This document shows, one piece after another, positions 63,506 to 64,000 of a stretch of 64,000 nucleotides of DNA; the first letter of the stretch is position 1, and every line of letters begins with the position of its first letter. A model generated the notes under the pieces. That model was given only the letters and a program-made list of their open reading frames with translations, had not been told where the DNA came from and ran no database searches. Location: positions 62,001-126,000 of the forward strand of contig NW_020845585.1 of NCBI RefSeq assembly GCF_003704095.1, read 5' to 3'. The DNA comes from Pocillopora damicornis (lineage: Eukaryota). The position numbers were made by a program, and so were the translations under genes.

Positions 63506-64000
63506 TCAGTCATCAATGTCCGGGGTGAAGTAGCTAACAAAACAGACCAACATAATAACCACAAATATCGGAAAGAACAAAACCACAATCATTAGATAAC
63601 AAAAAATCAGCAGGATCGCTTCAAAAGGACTTTTTCCCTGCCGGCAAAACCAGCTGGAACATTTCCTCACATATTCGCTCTCTTCCATCGTGAGACTGAG
63701 GTCGTGTTCGCTGTCATCAGGTGCCAAAGTAACGATACTCGTTGCATCTGTTTCGTTGTTGACTACCTCAGTCACGTGATATGTCTGCTGAGGACTCGTC
63801 CTCCCGTTGACGAGGATTGAATCGTTATCTACAGGAACACCAACACCAGTAGGAATCCCAAGTGTCAAATGGCCACCTCGTTCCAGGCTGTTTGATATTG
63901 AAGCGTTGCACACGGAAACTTTCAAATTCACAATGGTGTTGGAAGTAAGAGGAGATTTCAAATTCACCTCTTGAAAGCCAACTTCATCTTCTTCGTGCTC
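63506..64000 (-). CDS. 3' end of an uncharacterised protein with a C-terminal hydrophobic membrane segment; start lies beyond the window
   Basis: The frame is open from the window edge (EHEEDEVGFQEVNL...) to the stop at 63506, and includes AILLIFCYLMIVVLFFPIFVVIMLVCFV preceded by a Cys pair. Confidence 0.7.
   Translation of the reverse strand, partial: EHEEDEVGFQEVNLKSPLTSNTIVNLKVSVCNASISNSLERGGHLTLGIPTGVGVPVDNDSILVNGRTSPQQTYHVTEVVNNETDATSIVTLAPDDSEHDLSLTMEESEYVRKCSSWFCRQGKSPFEAILLIFCYLMIVVLFFPIFVVIMLVCFVSYFTPDIDD

Overview
AT-rich, intron-containing animal genomic DNA with two 100-N scaffold gaps. The repeat content looks like a scleractinian coral (inference). Spliced genes reconstructed by hand from GT-AG sites and reading-frame phase: DSN1/Mis13-like kinetochore gene (+, 12 exons, 1664-8952) head-to-head with an unidentified gene running off the left edge; QSOX sulfhydryl oxidase (-, 11 exons, 12425-22706); LRRIQ3 (+, 4 exons, 46326-50984); a C1orf21/DUF4612 homologue (-, 6 coding exons, 54152-57372); and the 3' end of a C-terminally membrane-anchored protein at the right edge. 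An intronless ~497-aa orphan ORF (24199-25692) ends in a domain resembling LINE (L1/Tx1) ORF1p. The 26-46 kb block is a rearranged accessory region: a decayed CR1/L2 LINE, four halves of FKRP/LicD-like phosphotransferase genes around the two gaps, scattered DUF229 pseudogene pieces, a CaRF/MULE-like fragment, a Penelope-like GIY-YIG fragment, SINEs, MITEs and tandem repeats. The four halves become two tandem intronless genes if contig 32096-37640 is flipped. All family assignments come from recalled motifs, not database searches.
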